A stretch of DNA of 64,000 nt from an uncultured Pseudomonadota bacterium (GCA_963729535.1 CAVSOL010000010.1:3643-67642), one strand, 5' to 3'. Shown: positions 54,427-64,000, counted from the first letter of the stretch. Notes: generated by a model not told the origin, from the sequence alone. A program made the numbers and translations.

Positions 54427-56342
54427 GCGCTCCCAACACGCCGCAGCCTCCGGACGATCGGGGGCCCGATGACGGGCCCTTCGCCGGTCCGCTGACGGAC
54501 CGACCCGAGCTGGTGATCGCGCACATCGCGCCGTCGGAGGCGATGGACGAGGGCGCGGCGATCTATCGCACGCGCCAGCCGTGCCGCGCGCTGGGCGAGC
54601 TGCCCGAGGTGGCGGTCGCCAGCGGATCGATCCTGTCGCCGGCGATGCTCGACACGCGCATCCTGCTCGCCGCCGACGTGCTGGTGATCCGCGACGTCGC
54701 GCATCCCGATCTGCTGCCCATCGTCGCGGCCCGCCGCCGGCAGCGGCGGCTGTCGGTCTACGAGATCACCAACCACCTGTTCGCCGTCCCCCAGGGCGGC
54801 GGCTCCGCGGAGCGGCCGATCGATCTCGTCGAACGCAGCTTGCGTCCGCTGCTGGCGCGTCAGGCCGACTGCCTGCAGTTCGCGACCCCGGCGCTCGAGG
54901 CCACGTTCGCGGCGCTGAACCCGCGGCGCGCCGTGTTCCCCAGCCAGATGTGGGAGGTGCCGCCGCCGAAAGCGCTGCGCCACCGCGAAGGCGTCGTGAT
55001 CGGCTGGAGCGGATCGGCGGCGCATCGCGAGGATCTGCGCGCCGTGCTGCCGGCGCTGGCGGGCGTCGTCGAGCGCCATCCGGAGGTGCATGTCGCGATC
55101 ATGTGCGACGCGACCGTGCGCCCCGTGCTGGATCGGCTGCCGCCCGATCGCGTGACGTTCACGCCCTGGGGATCGCTGGAGAGCTACTACAAGTTCCTCG
55201 AGGACATCGACATCGGCATCGCCCCGCTGCTGCCGACCACCTACAACCGCTGCCAGGGCGACATCCGCTTCGTCGAATACGCCGCGCACGGCGTGCTGGC
55301 CGTGTGCTCCGACCTGGAGCCTTACCGCGACGTCGTCCGCCCCGGCCAGACCGGCTACGTGTTCCAGGACGCCGCCGAGCTCGAGACGGTGCTGGAACGG
55401 GCGCTGGCGGAGGCGGAGGTGCGCGCGGCGATCCCGGCGCGCGCGGCCCGTTACGCCGGCAGCGAGCGCACGGAGCGTCGCTACGCGAGCGCGCGCCTGG
55501 GCTTCTACCTGTCGGTCGCCGCGCACATGGGGCTGGAGATGAAGCGGCGCGCGGGGACGGCGTTTCCGCCGGGCGAGATGATGGACGCGCGCCACGCGGC
55601 GCAGACGTTCGCGGGCTCGCGCTACGTGGCGCTGGGCGCGGGAGAGATGGAACGGCTGCTCGAAGACGGGCTGCGCCACAAGCGGGCTGGCGAGATCGAG
55701 TCGGCGCAGCGGTCGTTCATGGCGGCGGCGCGGCTGGCGCCGCGCAGCCACCTGCCGGCGTTGCTGCTCGGCGACGTGGGTCCGCCGGCGGCGGCCATCG
55801 AGTCGCTGATACGCGCCGAGGCGCTGAATCCGCTGTCGTGCCACGCGCCCTACCTGCGCGGTACGCGGCTGCTGGAGGTCGGCGACGCGGCGGACGCGGC
55901 GGCGGCGTTCGAGCGCGCGCGCGCGATCGCGCCCAGCTTCGGCGCGCCGCAGGAACGGCTGGGGGCGCTGGCCGAGGCCGCCGGGCGCACGGAGGACGCG
56001 TGCCGCCTGTACGAGGAGGCGGCGCTGCAGAACGGCACGTTCGCGCTGCCCATCGCGCGCCTCGCCGAGCTGGCGCAGCGCGACGGCAAGATCGACAAGG
56101 CGGTGGGGCTGCTGGAGCGCATCCTGCACGACGACCCGGATCTGTCGCTGACCAACTTCCTGATCGGCCGCGCGTACATCGATCTCAGTCGCTATCACCA
56201 GGCGCGCGTGCACCTGCGCCGCGCCGTCGAGGGGGCGGAAGATCGCGCCGCGGTGCTGACCGCGCTCGCCAAGGCGGAGATCGGCCTCGGCAACGTCGAC
56301 GCGGCCAAGACCGCGCTCGCGGAAGCGCGCGTCCCCGGCTGA
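54423..56342 (+). CDS. glycosyltransferase (GT-B fold) fused to C-terminal TPR repeats
   Basis: GTGA overlap with the kinase stop. GT-B C-domain ..VVIGWSGSAAH..IGIAPLLPT..KFVEYAAHGVLAVCSD..PGQTGYVF.. followed by at least 4 TPR-like helices pairs (..RAEALNPLSCHAPYLRGTRLLEVGDAADAAAAFERARAIAP..). Confidence 0.75.
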   Translation: MSAPNTPQPPDDRGPDDGPFAGPLTDRPELVIAHIAPSEAMDEGAAIYRTRQPCRALGELPEVAVASGSILSPAMLDTRILLAADVLVIRDVAHPDLLPIVAARRRQRRLSVYEITNHLFAVPQGGGSAERPIDLVERSLRPLLARQADCLQFATPALEATFAALNPRRAVFPSQMWEVPPPKALRHREGVVIGWSGSAAHREDLRAVLPALAGVVERHPEVHVAIMCDATVRPVLDRLPPDRVTFTPWGSLESYYKFLEDIDIGIAPLLPTTYNRCQGDIRFVEYAAHGVLAVCSDLEPYRDVVRPGQTGYVFQDAAELETVLERALAEAEVRAAIPARAARYAGSERTERRYASARLGFYLSVAAHMGLEMKRRAGTAFPPGEMMDARHAAQTFAGSRYVALGAGEMERLLEDGLRHKRAGEIESAQRSFMAAARLAPRSHLPALLLGDVGPPAAAIESLIRAEALNPLSCHAPYLRGTRLLEVGDAADAAAAFERARAIAPSFGAPQERLGALAEAAGRTEDACRLYEEAALQNGTFALPIARLAELAQRDGKIDKAVGLLERILHDDPDLSLTNFLIGRAYIDLSRYHQARVHLRRAVEGAEDRAAVLTALAKAEIGLGNVDAAKTALAEARVPG

Positions 56343-56346
56343 CCCG

Positions 56347-56374
56347 GTCGGTTGCAGCCTGGCTGCAGTCCGAC
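56347..56374. terminator. imperfect hairpin after the glycosyltransferase gene (weak terminator/attenuator candidate)
   Basis: GTCGG-T-TGCAGCC-T-GGCTGCA-GT-CCGAC, 5 nt after the stop at 56342. No downstream T-tract. Confidence 0.3.
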
Positions 56375-56428
56375 TGTAAGCAACCGCGGGCCATCCGCGT
56401 TCTCGCTTAGGATGGATGCTGGGCCTCC

Positions 56429-57055
56429 GTGACCTTCCATGATCCCGCGTGGTTGGAGCAGGAACGGCGCTGCCTGCGCGAGCTTCGGCGCGGCGATCGC
56501 GCCGCGTTCTCGCAGCTCTACCGGGCGTTTGCCCACCCCCTGTACGCGCGGGTGCTGCTCCCCAAGCTCGGCGACGCCGACGCGGCCCAGGACGCGCTGG
56601 CAGAGACGTTCCGCATCATGCTCGAGAAGCTGAATCAGTACGAAGACCGCGGCGGCAGCATCTGGTCGTGGCTGGCGACCATCGCCGCCAACCAGGCGCG
56701 CGATCTGGCGCGCGAGCGCGAGCGCGCCGGGCGGGCGTTGCGCAACTTCGAGACGCAGTGGGCGCCGCTGCTGGAGCCGCTGATGCCCAACCCCGGCGGC
56801 GACGCGGGCGACCGGCTCAAGCTGCAGGCGTCCGTGACCGAGGCGCTGCGCGCGATCAACCCGCGCTACAGCCGCGCGCTGACGCTGCGATTCCTGGAGG
56901 ATCGGCCGCGCGCCGATTGCGCGGCGCTGCTGGACGTCAAGCTGGGGACATTCGATGTGCTGCTGCTGCGCGCGGTGCGCGCCTTCCGCGCGCAGTGGCA
57001 GCAGGCGCACGCCGATGACAGCCAACCACACGCCCAGGTGAAGGTGAGCGGATGA
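56429..57055 (+). CDS. ECF-type RNA polymerase sigma factor
   Basis: Region 2 ..FSQLYRAFAHPLYARV..DAAQDALAETF.. and region 4 ..LRAINPRYSRALTLRFLEDRPRADCAALLDVKLGTFDVLLLRAVRAF. Confidence 0.85.
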   Translation: MTFHDPAWLEQERRCLRELRRGDRAAFSQLYRAFAHPLYARVLLPKLGDADAAQDALAETFRIMLEKLNQYEDRGGSIWSWLATIAANQARDLARERERAGRALRNFETQWAPLLEPLMPNPGGDAGDRLKLQASVTEALRAINPRYSRALTLRFLEDRPRADCAALLDVKLGTFDVLLLRAVRAFRAQWQQAHADDSQPHAQVKVSG

Positions 57056-57500
57056 ACCACGACGACGACGCCCCCGCATCCGACGAGGAGCAGCGCGAGG
57101 CCGCCGCGCTGGCGGAGTCTCTCGACCGCCGCGCGCGCGCGCCCGAAGTCGCTGCCGCCGGCGCTGGAGGCGGCGGTCATGGCGAAGGTCGCGCCGCTGC
57201 TCGACACGCGCCGCGCCGGCGACCGGCGCCGACGCCGGGTGCGGCTCGCGGCGCTGGGGACGTGTCGCGGCCGCCACGGCGGCGTTCGCCCTGATGCTGC
57301 TGCCGTCGTCCAGCCGGATGTCAGCGCCGCGCGTGGCCGCCACGACGCCGCCCGCGCCGCCCGCCGATCTGCTCGCGGTGCAGGCGCGCGTCGCGCGCGG
57401 AGGCGGCGCCGCCATCGCCGCGCTGGACGTCGAGATGCGCAGCTATCGCCGCCACTATCACGATGAGCTGCTCCGCCGCCGCGGTGGGGGGGCGCCGTGA
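57052..57500 (+). CDS. putative anti-sigma factor / membrane protein downstream of the ECF sigma gene (about 2 frameshifts)
   Basis: ATGA overlap with the sigma stop. MNHDDDAPASDEEQREAAALAESLD.., ..LPPALEAAVMAKVAPLL.., a TM-like ..AAATAAFALMLLP.., and an end ..YRRHYHDELLRRRGGGAP*, pieced together from three frames. Assignment is by position only. Confidence 0.45.
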
Positions 57501-57986
57501 AGCGCGCCGCGATCGCCGCCGTCGTTGCGCTGCTGCTGCTCGGCGGCTGCTCCCGGCAGCCGACCGGCCGGCGGCGACTGGCTGGCGGATGCGACGCGCC
57601 GTCACGCGCTCGCCGACGAGCTGCTCGACCGCGGCGACGAGCCGGGGGCCCGCGCCCATCTGGCCACCGTCGTCGACGAGCTTGCGCGGCGCGGCCAACC
57701 CAGCGACGACGATGATCGCCGGCGCGTCCTGCAGGACACCTACTACCGCCTGGCAGGGCTCGATCTTCGCGCCCACGACCCGTCGGCCGCGCTGCTGCAG
57801 GCCGAACGCGGCCTCACGCTGGGCGGCGGCCAGGACCTGTTCGTCGCCAACTTGCTGGTCGCGCGCGGCGCCGCGCACGAGGCCCGCGGCGAAGCGCCCG
57901 CCGCCGCGGCCGACTTTCACGCGGCGCTGCTGATCAACGAAGCGCTGCTCGCCGACTCCCTGCGCGACGCCGGGAGCGCGCCGTGA
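57497..57986 (+). CDS. lipoprotein with TPR-like helices (frameshift near 57550)
   Basis: GTGA overlap; lipobox LLLGGC; then ..HALADELLDRGDEPGARAHLATVVDEL..TYYRLAGLDLRAHDPSAALLQAERGL.. in a second frame. Confidence 0.55.
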
Positions 57987-58340
57987 GGTCTCTGGTGCTG
58001 GCGGCGCTGCTGCTGGGCGCGTGCGCCTCGACGAGGAGCACGGTTCCCGTCGAGCCGCTGTCGACGCTCCCTCCGGCCGAGCGCCTCGACGTGACCGACA
58101 CGGAACAGGCAGCTGCGCCGACTGGCCGCCGAGCTCGACGCGCTGTCGGCGCAGGCCGCGCCTCCTGGCTGCGAGCGCGTCACCGTGCTGCGCGACAACA
58201 TCTGCACGCTCGCCGAGCGCATCTGCCGCCTCGCCGATCGCTACCCTGAGGAGACGACGCTACGGCCGCGCTGCGCTGACGCCGGGCAACGCTGCGTCCG
58301 CGCCGCCGAGTCCGCCAAGCAACGTGGCTGCGGCCAGTAA
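57983..58340 (+). CDS. small Cys-containing lipoprotein (frameshift near 58108)
   Basis: GTGA overlap; lipobox LLLGAC. The second frame reads ..LRRLAAELDALSAQAAPPGCERVTVLRDNICTLAERICRLAD..RCADAGQRCV..RGCGQ*. Confidence 0.5.
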
Positions 58341-58382
58341 GACCGCTTTACAGACGCCCGACAATCCCCGACGATCGAAGCG

Positions 58383-59456
58383 TTGGCCGCACCCGACCAA
58401 GAAGTTCGCCCCTCCCAGGTCACGGTGAAGACCGTGTTCACCGTCTGCTTCGGCGTGCTGATCGTCGCCGCCGTGGTCGGCGCCCTGTGGCACGCGATGG
58501 TCGCGGTCACGCTGACCAGCGCAGCCCTGCTGATCTCGCTCGCGCTGGATCATCCCGTGCGCATGCTCGAGCGCCGCGGCGTCACACGTCCATACGCCAT
58601 CGCGATCGTCACCTTCGCGGGGCTGGCCTTGCTGGTGGGATTTGGCTTCACGCTCATCCCCGCCGCCATCGCACAGGGGCGGCAGCTCGTGCACGACGCG
58701 CCCCAGTTCGTTCGCAGCGCCCGCGGGAGCGCGCTGTTCGCAACGCTCGACGCGCGCTTCCACCTGGCCGAACACCTGATGGAGGCCGAGCGGCGGCTGC
58801 CCGAGATGCTGGAGGGGGCCGCGACGCCGATCCTCAACGCGCTCGGCGACCTGCTCACCGGCATCGCCGCCGCCGTGACCATCGCGTTCCTCGTCTTCTT
58901 CATGCTGATCTTCGGCGGCCGCCTGATCCGCGCGGCCGTCGCCGAGGCGCGCCCGGAGCGCCGACGCACCTACGAAGACGTGCTCGCCAAGATCTATCAG
59001 TCGATCGGCGGCTACCTGGGGGGGCTGACGCTGATCTGCACGATCAACGCCACGCTGACGACGACGTTCCTCGCCATCGACCGGCTGCCGTTTTTCCTGC
59101 CGCTCGGCATCCTGGCCGGCTGCTCCAGCATGATCCCGTACGCGGGGCCGCTGGTCGCGGGCACCGCCATCACGCTGATCGCGCTGGCGACGCAGGGGAT
59201 CGGCCACGGCGTCGCATGCGCCGTGTACTTCATCGTCTACGGCATGCTGGAAGGAAACATCCTGGCGCCGCTGATCTTCCGGCGCACGGTCAACGTCAAC
59301 CCGCTGGTGACCACGCTGTCGATCCTGTTCTTCGGCGAGATCGCCGGCATCATGGGCGCAGTGATCGCCGTCCCCGTCGTCGCGACGCTCCAGATCATCC
59401 TGCGCGAGCTGCTGCGCATCCGCCGCGAGCAGCTCGAGCTGCAGCGCGAGAGCTAG
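58383..59456 (+). CDS. AI-2E family transporter (PerM/YhhT-like)
   Basis: 357-codon polytopic membrane ORF with family-typical ..IPYAGPLVAG..GMLEGNILAPLIFRRTVNVNPLVT.LSILFFGEIAGIMGA..AVP. Confidence 0.85.
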   Translation: MAAPDQEVRPSQVTVKTVFTVCFGVLIVAAVVGALWHAMVAVTLTSAALLISLALDHPVRMLERRGVTRPYAIAIVTFAGLALLVGFGFTLIPAAIAQGRQLVHDAPQFVRSARGSALFATLDARFHLAEHLMEAERRLPEMLEGAATPILNALGDLLTGIAAAVTIAFLVFFMLIFGGRLIRAAVAEARPERRRTYEDVLAKIYQSIGGYLGGLTLICTINATLTTTFLAIDRLPFFLPLGILAGCSSMIPYAGPLVAGTAITLIALATQGIGHGVACAVYFIVYGMLEGNILAPLIFRRTVNVNPLVTTLSILFFGEIAGIMGAVIAVPVVATLQIILRELLRIRREQLELQRES

Positions 59457-60716
59457 CGCCGCAGCGGCCCGGCGAACGTCAGCTTCATCAGCAGGCCGGC
59501 CGCCACCGCCGAAAACGTCGGCGTTCAGGCCCAGCGCCCACACGGCGCCGAACTTGCTCCAGATCAGCCCGGTGCCGATGCTCGCCGGCAGCGCCGCCAG
59601 GCCGATCAGGCCGTGGTAGAGCCCGTACGCGCGGCCGCGCGCGCCGCGTTCGGACAGGTCGGCGATGATCGCGCGCTCGGCGCCCTCGGCGAGGCCGTGG
59701 TAGAGCGCGTAGACCAGGAACAGGCCGACGATCTGCCAGCGCTCCGAGGCGAAGCCGAAGCCAACGTAGGTGAGCGCATACGCCACCCAGCCGAACGACA
59801 CGACGACGCCGCGCGAGTGCCGGTCGGACAGCGTGCCTCCTGGAATGGCCGCCAGCGACTTCACCAGGTGGTGGAACGCCCACAACAGCGGCAACGCGGT
59901 GTTGCTCCAGCCGACCTCGTGTGCGCGCAACAGCAGGAACGCATCCGACGAGTTGCCGAGCGCGAACAGCACGCAGACGCCCAGGTAGGCCTTGAACCCG
60001 GGACTCAGCGTGCCGCCCTGCGGCCGGGTGTCGATCGGGCCGCTGCGATCGGCGGCCTCCGAGTGATCGCGCAGCCGGGTGAACAGCACGATCGGCGCCA
60101 GCATGCCGATCCCCGCCGCGACCAGGAACACGGTGCGCATCTGGACGCCGAGCGCCAGCAAGCCCGACGCGATCAACGGTCCCAGCGCGGCGCCGAAGTG
60201 ATCCAGCGATCGGTTGAGGCCGAACGCCCGCCCGCGCTGCGACGGCGCAACCGAATCGGCGATCAGCGCGTCGCGCGGCCCGGAGCGAATCCCCTTGCCG
60301 GTGCGGTCGACCAGCCGCGCCGCCAGCACGTGCCAGGGCATCAGCGCCATCGCGATGCCGGCACGCGCGATCGCGGGGAGCGCGTAGCCACCGGCGACCA
60401 GCAGCCGGCGTGGCCCCTTGTCGGACAGCCGGCCCGCGGCGACCTTGAGGATGCTGGCCAGCGCGTCGGCGCTGCCTTCGATGACGCCGATGTAAAGGAC
60501 GGGCGCGCCCAGCGACACCAGGAACACCGGCAGCAGCGGGAAGATCGCCTCGCTCGACAGGTCGTTGAGCAGGCTGGCGAGCCCGAGCAGCCAGACGACC
60601 CGCGGCAGGCCGCGCATCGAACGCAGGCCGTCGCTGAAGCTCCCGGTCGGCCGCCGGTGGCGACCGGGAACATCGTCGCGCCGATCGACCGGTCGCGGAT
60701 CGGCCGGTGGGTTCAC
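59453..60716 (-). CDS. MFS transporter (frameshift near 59512)
   Basis: 12-TM-type sequence with ..GRLSDKGPRRLL.. and ..GTLSDRHSRG.. MFS loop motifs. The true C-terminus ..TFSAVAAGLLMKLTFAGPLRR* is in the adjacent frame. The listed 818-codon ORF tail beyond it is antisense to the AI-2E gene. Confidence 0.8.
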
Positions 60717-60795
60717 GGATCGATTCTTACAGGTATTGCCTGAGGCTGCGTAGTTCTATCGCGGGCCAAATCCCGGGATCGGCTATAGAATTTTC

Positions 60796-61020
60796 GTGAT
60801 GCGCCGGAAATGTCCTACCTGTGGTCGCGTCGTCAAGGCCGAGCCTCCCGACGCGTTTCTTCCGTTCTGCTCGGAGCGCTGCCGTCTGGCGGATCTCGGC
60901 AAGTGGCTCGACGGCGGCTACCGGATCGGCTCGCCAGCGTCCGAGGAAGACCTGGACCAGAGCGCGAATCCACGCGACGCCGACGACCCCGACGACGACG
61001 GCCGCTCCCGTCCGCAGTGA
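60796..61020 (+). CDS. yacG: DNA gyrase inhibitor YacG (zinc finger)
   Basis: CPTCG...FLPFCSERCRLADLGKW, followed by an acidic tail. Confidence 0.85.
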   Translation: MMRRKCPTCGRVVKAEPPDAFLPFCSERCRLADLGKWLDGGYRIGSPASEEDLDQSANPRDADDPDDDGRSRPQ

Positions 61021-61043
61021 GGTGAAGTCAGCCGCGGCGGCGG

Positions 61044-62033
61044 TCACTGCGCGCCGGCGAACGCCGCCGGATGAAGGACGCGCGCCACGCGCGCCAGCCC
61101 CTGCGCGGCGTGCTGCGAGATGGTCGCGATCCACGCGCCGGGGATCTCGTACACCCGCCCCGCGCGCACGGCCGGGACCTGCCGCCAGATCGCCGTGGCG
61201 CCCAGCGCCTTCAAGGCGGACATGTTGTCCGCGTAGCGCGGCATCACGATCGCCTCTGGCTCGAGCGCGAGGATGGTCTCGATGCCGATCTGGCCGGCGC
61301 CGACGATGCCTAGCTCGTCGGCGACGTTGGCTCCGCCGGCGCGCGCCAGGATCTCGCCGACCAGCGTGCCGCGCCCCATCGTGTAGGTCGGCGGGTCGTA
61401 ATACAGGACGCGCACCGGCGGCACGCCGGCGAGGCGCCGGTCGAGGTCCGCGAGCAGCGCCGCGATCCCGCCGGCGAGCGCGTCGGCCCGCGCCTCTTCA
61501 CCGACGACCGCGCCGAGCAGCTGTATCTGGGCCATGACGTCGGCGAAGGAATTGAAGCGCGACCAGCGGACGACGGTCAGGCCCGCGCCCACGACCAGGC
61601 GCAACGCGTCCGCCGGGGTGAAGCCCGGCGACGCAGACCAGATCGGGATCCAGCCCGATGATGATCTCCGGGTCGGAGCGCACGCGCGCGATCGACGCCG
61701 GGTAGGCGTCGCGACAGTTCGACGTCGCGGGGTCGTCGACGTAGGCCGACACCGCGACCACCCGCTCCGGGGCGACCAGCGCGGCCAGGACCTCGTCGGC
61801 GCCCAGGTAGGTCGAGACGATGCGCGCGGGCGGGCGCGGCAACACGCGCGTCTCGCCGGTCGGGGCGCGCAGCCACTTCGGGAAAGCCGCCGCGCGCGGC
61901 GTCGCCGTCGCCGAAGCCGCGCGCGCCGACCAGCGTCGGCGCGCAGGCGTCCCGACACCGCCGCGCCCGCGACCAGCGGAGCGGCGATGCAGGCGCCCAG
62001 CGCCACGCGCCGGTTGATTCCGCGCGCGGCCAC
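61044..62033 (-). CDS. periplasmic substrate-binding protein, BtuF/FecB (cluster A-II) type (at least 2 frameshifts)
   Basis: Signal MAARGINRRVALGACIAAPLVAGA. ..RIVSTYLGADEVLAALVAPERVVAVS..DPEIIIGLDPDLV.. (second frame) and ..LEPEAIVMP..WRQVPAVRAGRVYEIPG... Confidence 0.7.
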   Translation of the reverse strand: MAARGINRRVALGACIAAPLVAGAAVSGRLRADAGRRARLRRRRRRARRLSRSGCAPRPARRACCRARPRASSRPTWAPTRSWPRWSPRSGWSRCRPTSTTPRRRTVATPTRRRSRACAPTRRSSSGWIPIWSASPGFTPADALRLVVGAGLTVVRWSRFNSFADVMAQIQLLGAVVGEEARADALAGGIAALLADLDRRLAGVPPVRVLYYDPPTYTMGRGTLVGEILARAGGANVADELGIVGAGQIGIETILALEPEAIVMPRYADNMSALKALGATAIWRQVPAVRAGRVYEIPGAWIATISQHAAQGLARVARVLHPAAFAGAQ

Positions 62034-62040
62034 GGCGGCG

Positions 62041-63600
62041 TCAGTAGGCCGCGATCTCGCGCGGCGGCAGCCCGTTGGCCGTGTCGGCCACGAACGACAG
62101 CTCCTTGACCGGCGCGCCCGTGCCGCGCGCGTCGTAGACGTGGACGCGCGGCATCGACATGGTCGCGTCGGGCATCAGCAGGCGGCCGGTCCCCGTGACC
62201 GCCGGGCGGCCCAGGTCGAACGGCGTCGCGGTGGCGAACGGGACCGCGACGCCGGTGACGAAGTCGAACGCGAACAGCGTATCGGACAGGCTGGGGCTGA
62301 AGCTCCCCATCGTCGACGTGAACGCGCGGTTGGGGGCGGTCGCCGTCGGCAGCGACAGCACCCACAGGAAGGTCACCGGCCGCGTGTTGAAGGCGACGCC
62401 CGAGATCACGCGCGTCACCGTGGCCGGGCGTCGTGGCCATGTTGACCACCGCGACGCCCGACTCCAGGGTCTGCTCGGCCGACAGGAACGAGCCGTTGCA
62501 CGCCACCAGCAACGTCTTGGACGCGGGGACGTAGTCCAGCCCTTCGCAGTTCTTGAGCCCGGGCAGCGGCAGGTGCTGCACGACCGTGTCGGTCGCCGGA
62601 TCGATGATGACGATGCCGCCGTCGCCGATGCGCCGAGAACGTGGCGTTGATGTTGTTCAGCGTGACCACCACCTTCCCCGCCGCGATGATCGCCCGATCG
62701 GGGCGCGCCTGCACCGCGGTGCCGCCGACCTGCGAAGCATACGAGGCGAGATCGATGCGCCCGGCGACGGTGCCGTCGCGCGGATCGATGATCAGCACGT
62801 CGTCGCCGGCCGCCAGCGGCGGCGGGGACGCGGCGCCGTTCTTCTCGTAGCGCGTGACGTACGCCTTGCTGTCGCTGACGATCACCACGTCGTGCGGGTT
62901 CGGCTTCTGGAAGGGTGCCTCCCTTCACGGACAGCTGCCGAGCGATGGTGCAGCCGGTGGCGGTGACGTTGACGAAGGTGAGCGCCGAGTTGCCGCGATC
63001 GAGGAGCACGACCTGCCCGCCGCGCTGCGGCTGCGACGGCAGCGACACGTCACCCGAGATCGTCTGCGATCCGGTGCCGCTGCCCATCGAATGGACGCAG
63101 TCGCCACGCACCAGCGCGCCCTGCGTGTTGAGGAGCGAGACGCTGCTCGACGCGTAGTCGAAGCTGATGTTGAGCACGGCAATGCCCGGATGCGGCCGGT
63201 GGCGCCAGACCACCCGGGGCGCCTGCAGCGCCTGCGCTGCCCGCCGCGCCTGCGGCGCCGCCGCGCCCGCCGACGCCCGCCGCGCCCGCTGCGCCCGCCG
63301 CACCCCCGGCGCCGCCACGCCCGCCGCGCCCGCTGCACCGCCCGCGCCCGCGCTGCCGGCAGTCCCGCGCCGCGCCGCCGGAGCCGCCGCCAGCGGCGCC
63401 CGCGACACCGCCGCCCGATCCACCCGGCGCGCCGCCCGCGCCCGCGAGCCCGCCGCCCGAGCCGCCCGGTGCACCGCCCGCGCCTCCCCTGCCGCCGTTG
63501 CCGGCGCCCCCGTCGGCCTGCTGCCGGGGCTCGTCGCTGCAACCGGCGATGGCTAGCCGCCGCTGCCAGGAAGAATCGCTACACCAGAAAGACGCTGCAT
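62041..63600 (-). CDS. lipoprotein with Gly-rich linker and beta-rich (possibly beta-propeller-like) domain (at least 4 frameshifts)
   Basis: ATG 63600 MQRLSGVAILPGSG.., lipobox-like LAIAGC in the next frame, then ~110 aa of (G/A/S) low complexity, then ..VVIVSDSKAYVTRYE..VLIIDPRDGTVAGRIDL..LLVACNGSF..VAVVNM..RVHVYDARG.. across three frames. Confidence 0.55.
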
Positions 63601-63630
63601 CTTGGGTCGCTCCTTTGTTGTCGTGGTCGT

Positions 63631-64000
63631 TCACTGGCCGAAACGTGGGTTGAACATCGTGGCGCCCGCCGCGTCGGCGTCGCCCACCGGCGCGAACGCG
63701 AGCGCGACGAAGACCGAGCGTCCGGGCAGCGCCCAGTCGCCGAGGTCTTCCTTGCGCGAGCCCGTCAGGTTCGCGGCGCTGCCGGTCAGGCGCAGGTGCG
63801 CGCGCGGCCACGCGACGCTGACGCCGCAGCCGAGCAACACGCGCGTCCCGAAGTCGACCAGGTTGGCGCTGTCGGCGTAGCTGCCCGCGCGCAGCTCGGC
63901 GTCCGCGTACGCGCCCAGCTCGATGCCGCCGCCGACGCCCACGCGCACCAGCTCCGGACGCGCGTAGCCGCGATAGCGCGGGTGAAACGGCACCTGGTTG
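63631..64000 (-). CDS. outer-membrane beta-barrel protein, C-terminal fragment (TonB-dependent-receptor-like?), continues beyond window
   Basis: Alternating-hydrophobic strands ..VRVGVGGGIELGAYADAELRAGSY..; ..WALPGRSVFVALAF.. resembles a terminal barrel strand. Family assignment is tentative. Confidence 0.4.
   Translation of the reverse strand, partial: NQVPFHPRYRGYARPELVRVGVGGGIELGAYADAELRAGSYADSANLVDFGTRVLLGCGVSVAWPRAHLRLTGSAANLTGSRKEDLGDWALPGRSVFVALAFAPVGDADAAGATMFNPRFGQ

Noticed and set aside
56375-56428. Possible autoregulated ECF promoter (GCAACC ... CGTT) upstream of the sigma-factor gene.
   Set aside because: The spacing (~12 nt) and the motifs do not fit the usual GGAAC-N16-17-CGT pattern well enough. 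It cannot be supported without the ECF group consensus.
63230-63480. Highly repetitive GC-rich stretch (also 19020-19330) considered as a CRISPR-like or minisatellite array.
   Set aside because: The repeats are contiguous, with no spacers. They are in frame and encode Gly/Ala/Ser linkers of lipoproteins. No cas genes are present.

Overview
This is a 64-kb, very GC-rich chromosomal segment (about 70% by eye, with strong G/C at third codon positions), and almost all of it is coding. The protein families point to a Myxococcota-like organism (inference). They include Myxococcus-type cysteine-rich repeats, an AgmX/PglI-type C-terminal domain, Ser/Thr kinases, many lipoproteins, TPR/HEAT proteins and GldG/DUF4340 ABC operons.

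Recognisable blocks:
- lgt / QEGLA-motif protein / cysE
- tilS-ftsH-folP-[SodC-like lipoprotein]-glmM-pdxJ-nnr (minus strand)
- purF / gamma-CA-like / prfB-lysS-lolE-lolD-bamA-skp-fabZ (minus strand)
- two paralogous ABC ATPase / ABC-2 permease / GldG-like / DUF4340 operons (28.8-33.6 kb and 47.7-52.3 kb)
- a sensor Ser/Thr kinase / glycosyltransferase-TPR / ECF sigma cluster (52.3-58.3 kb)
- an AI-2E transporter, an MFS transporter and yacG
- a partial TonB-type uptake locus at the right edge

I saw no rRNA, tRNA, CRISPR array, integrase, transposase or phage genes.

Caveat: many genes, including essential ones (lysS, bamA, glmM, folP, tilS), can only be read by joining two or three frames. 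The consensus therefore almost certainly carries indel errors. Frameshift positions below are approximate, and pseudogene calls are unsafe.

I could not identify a clearly defined novel system. The two best candidates are:
1. A recurring pair of a membrane-anchored TPR protein followed by secreted, extremely cysteine-rich lipoproteins (3.6-6.3 kb and 25.6-28.6 kb). The second locus includes an eight-module protein with about 90 cysteines.
2. A palindromic, MITE-like intergenic element of about 0.4 kb, present twice in opposite orientation (11.9-12.3 kb and 33.7-34.2 kb).

All family calls were made by eye from motifs. No searches were run.
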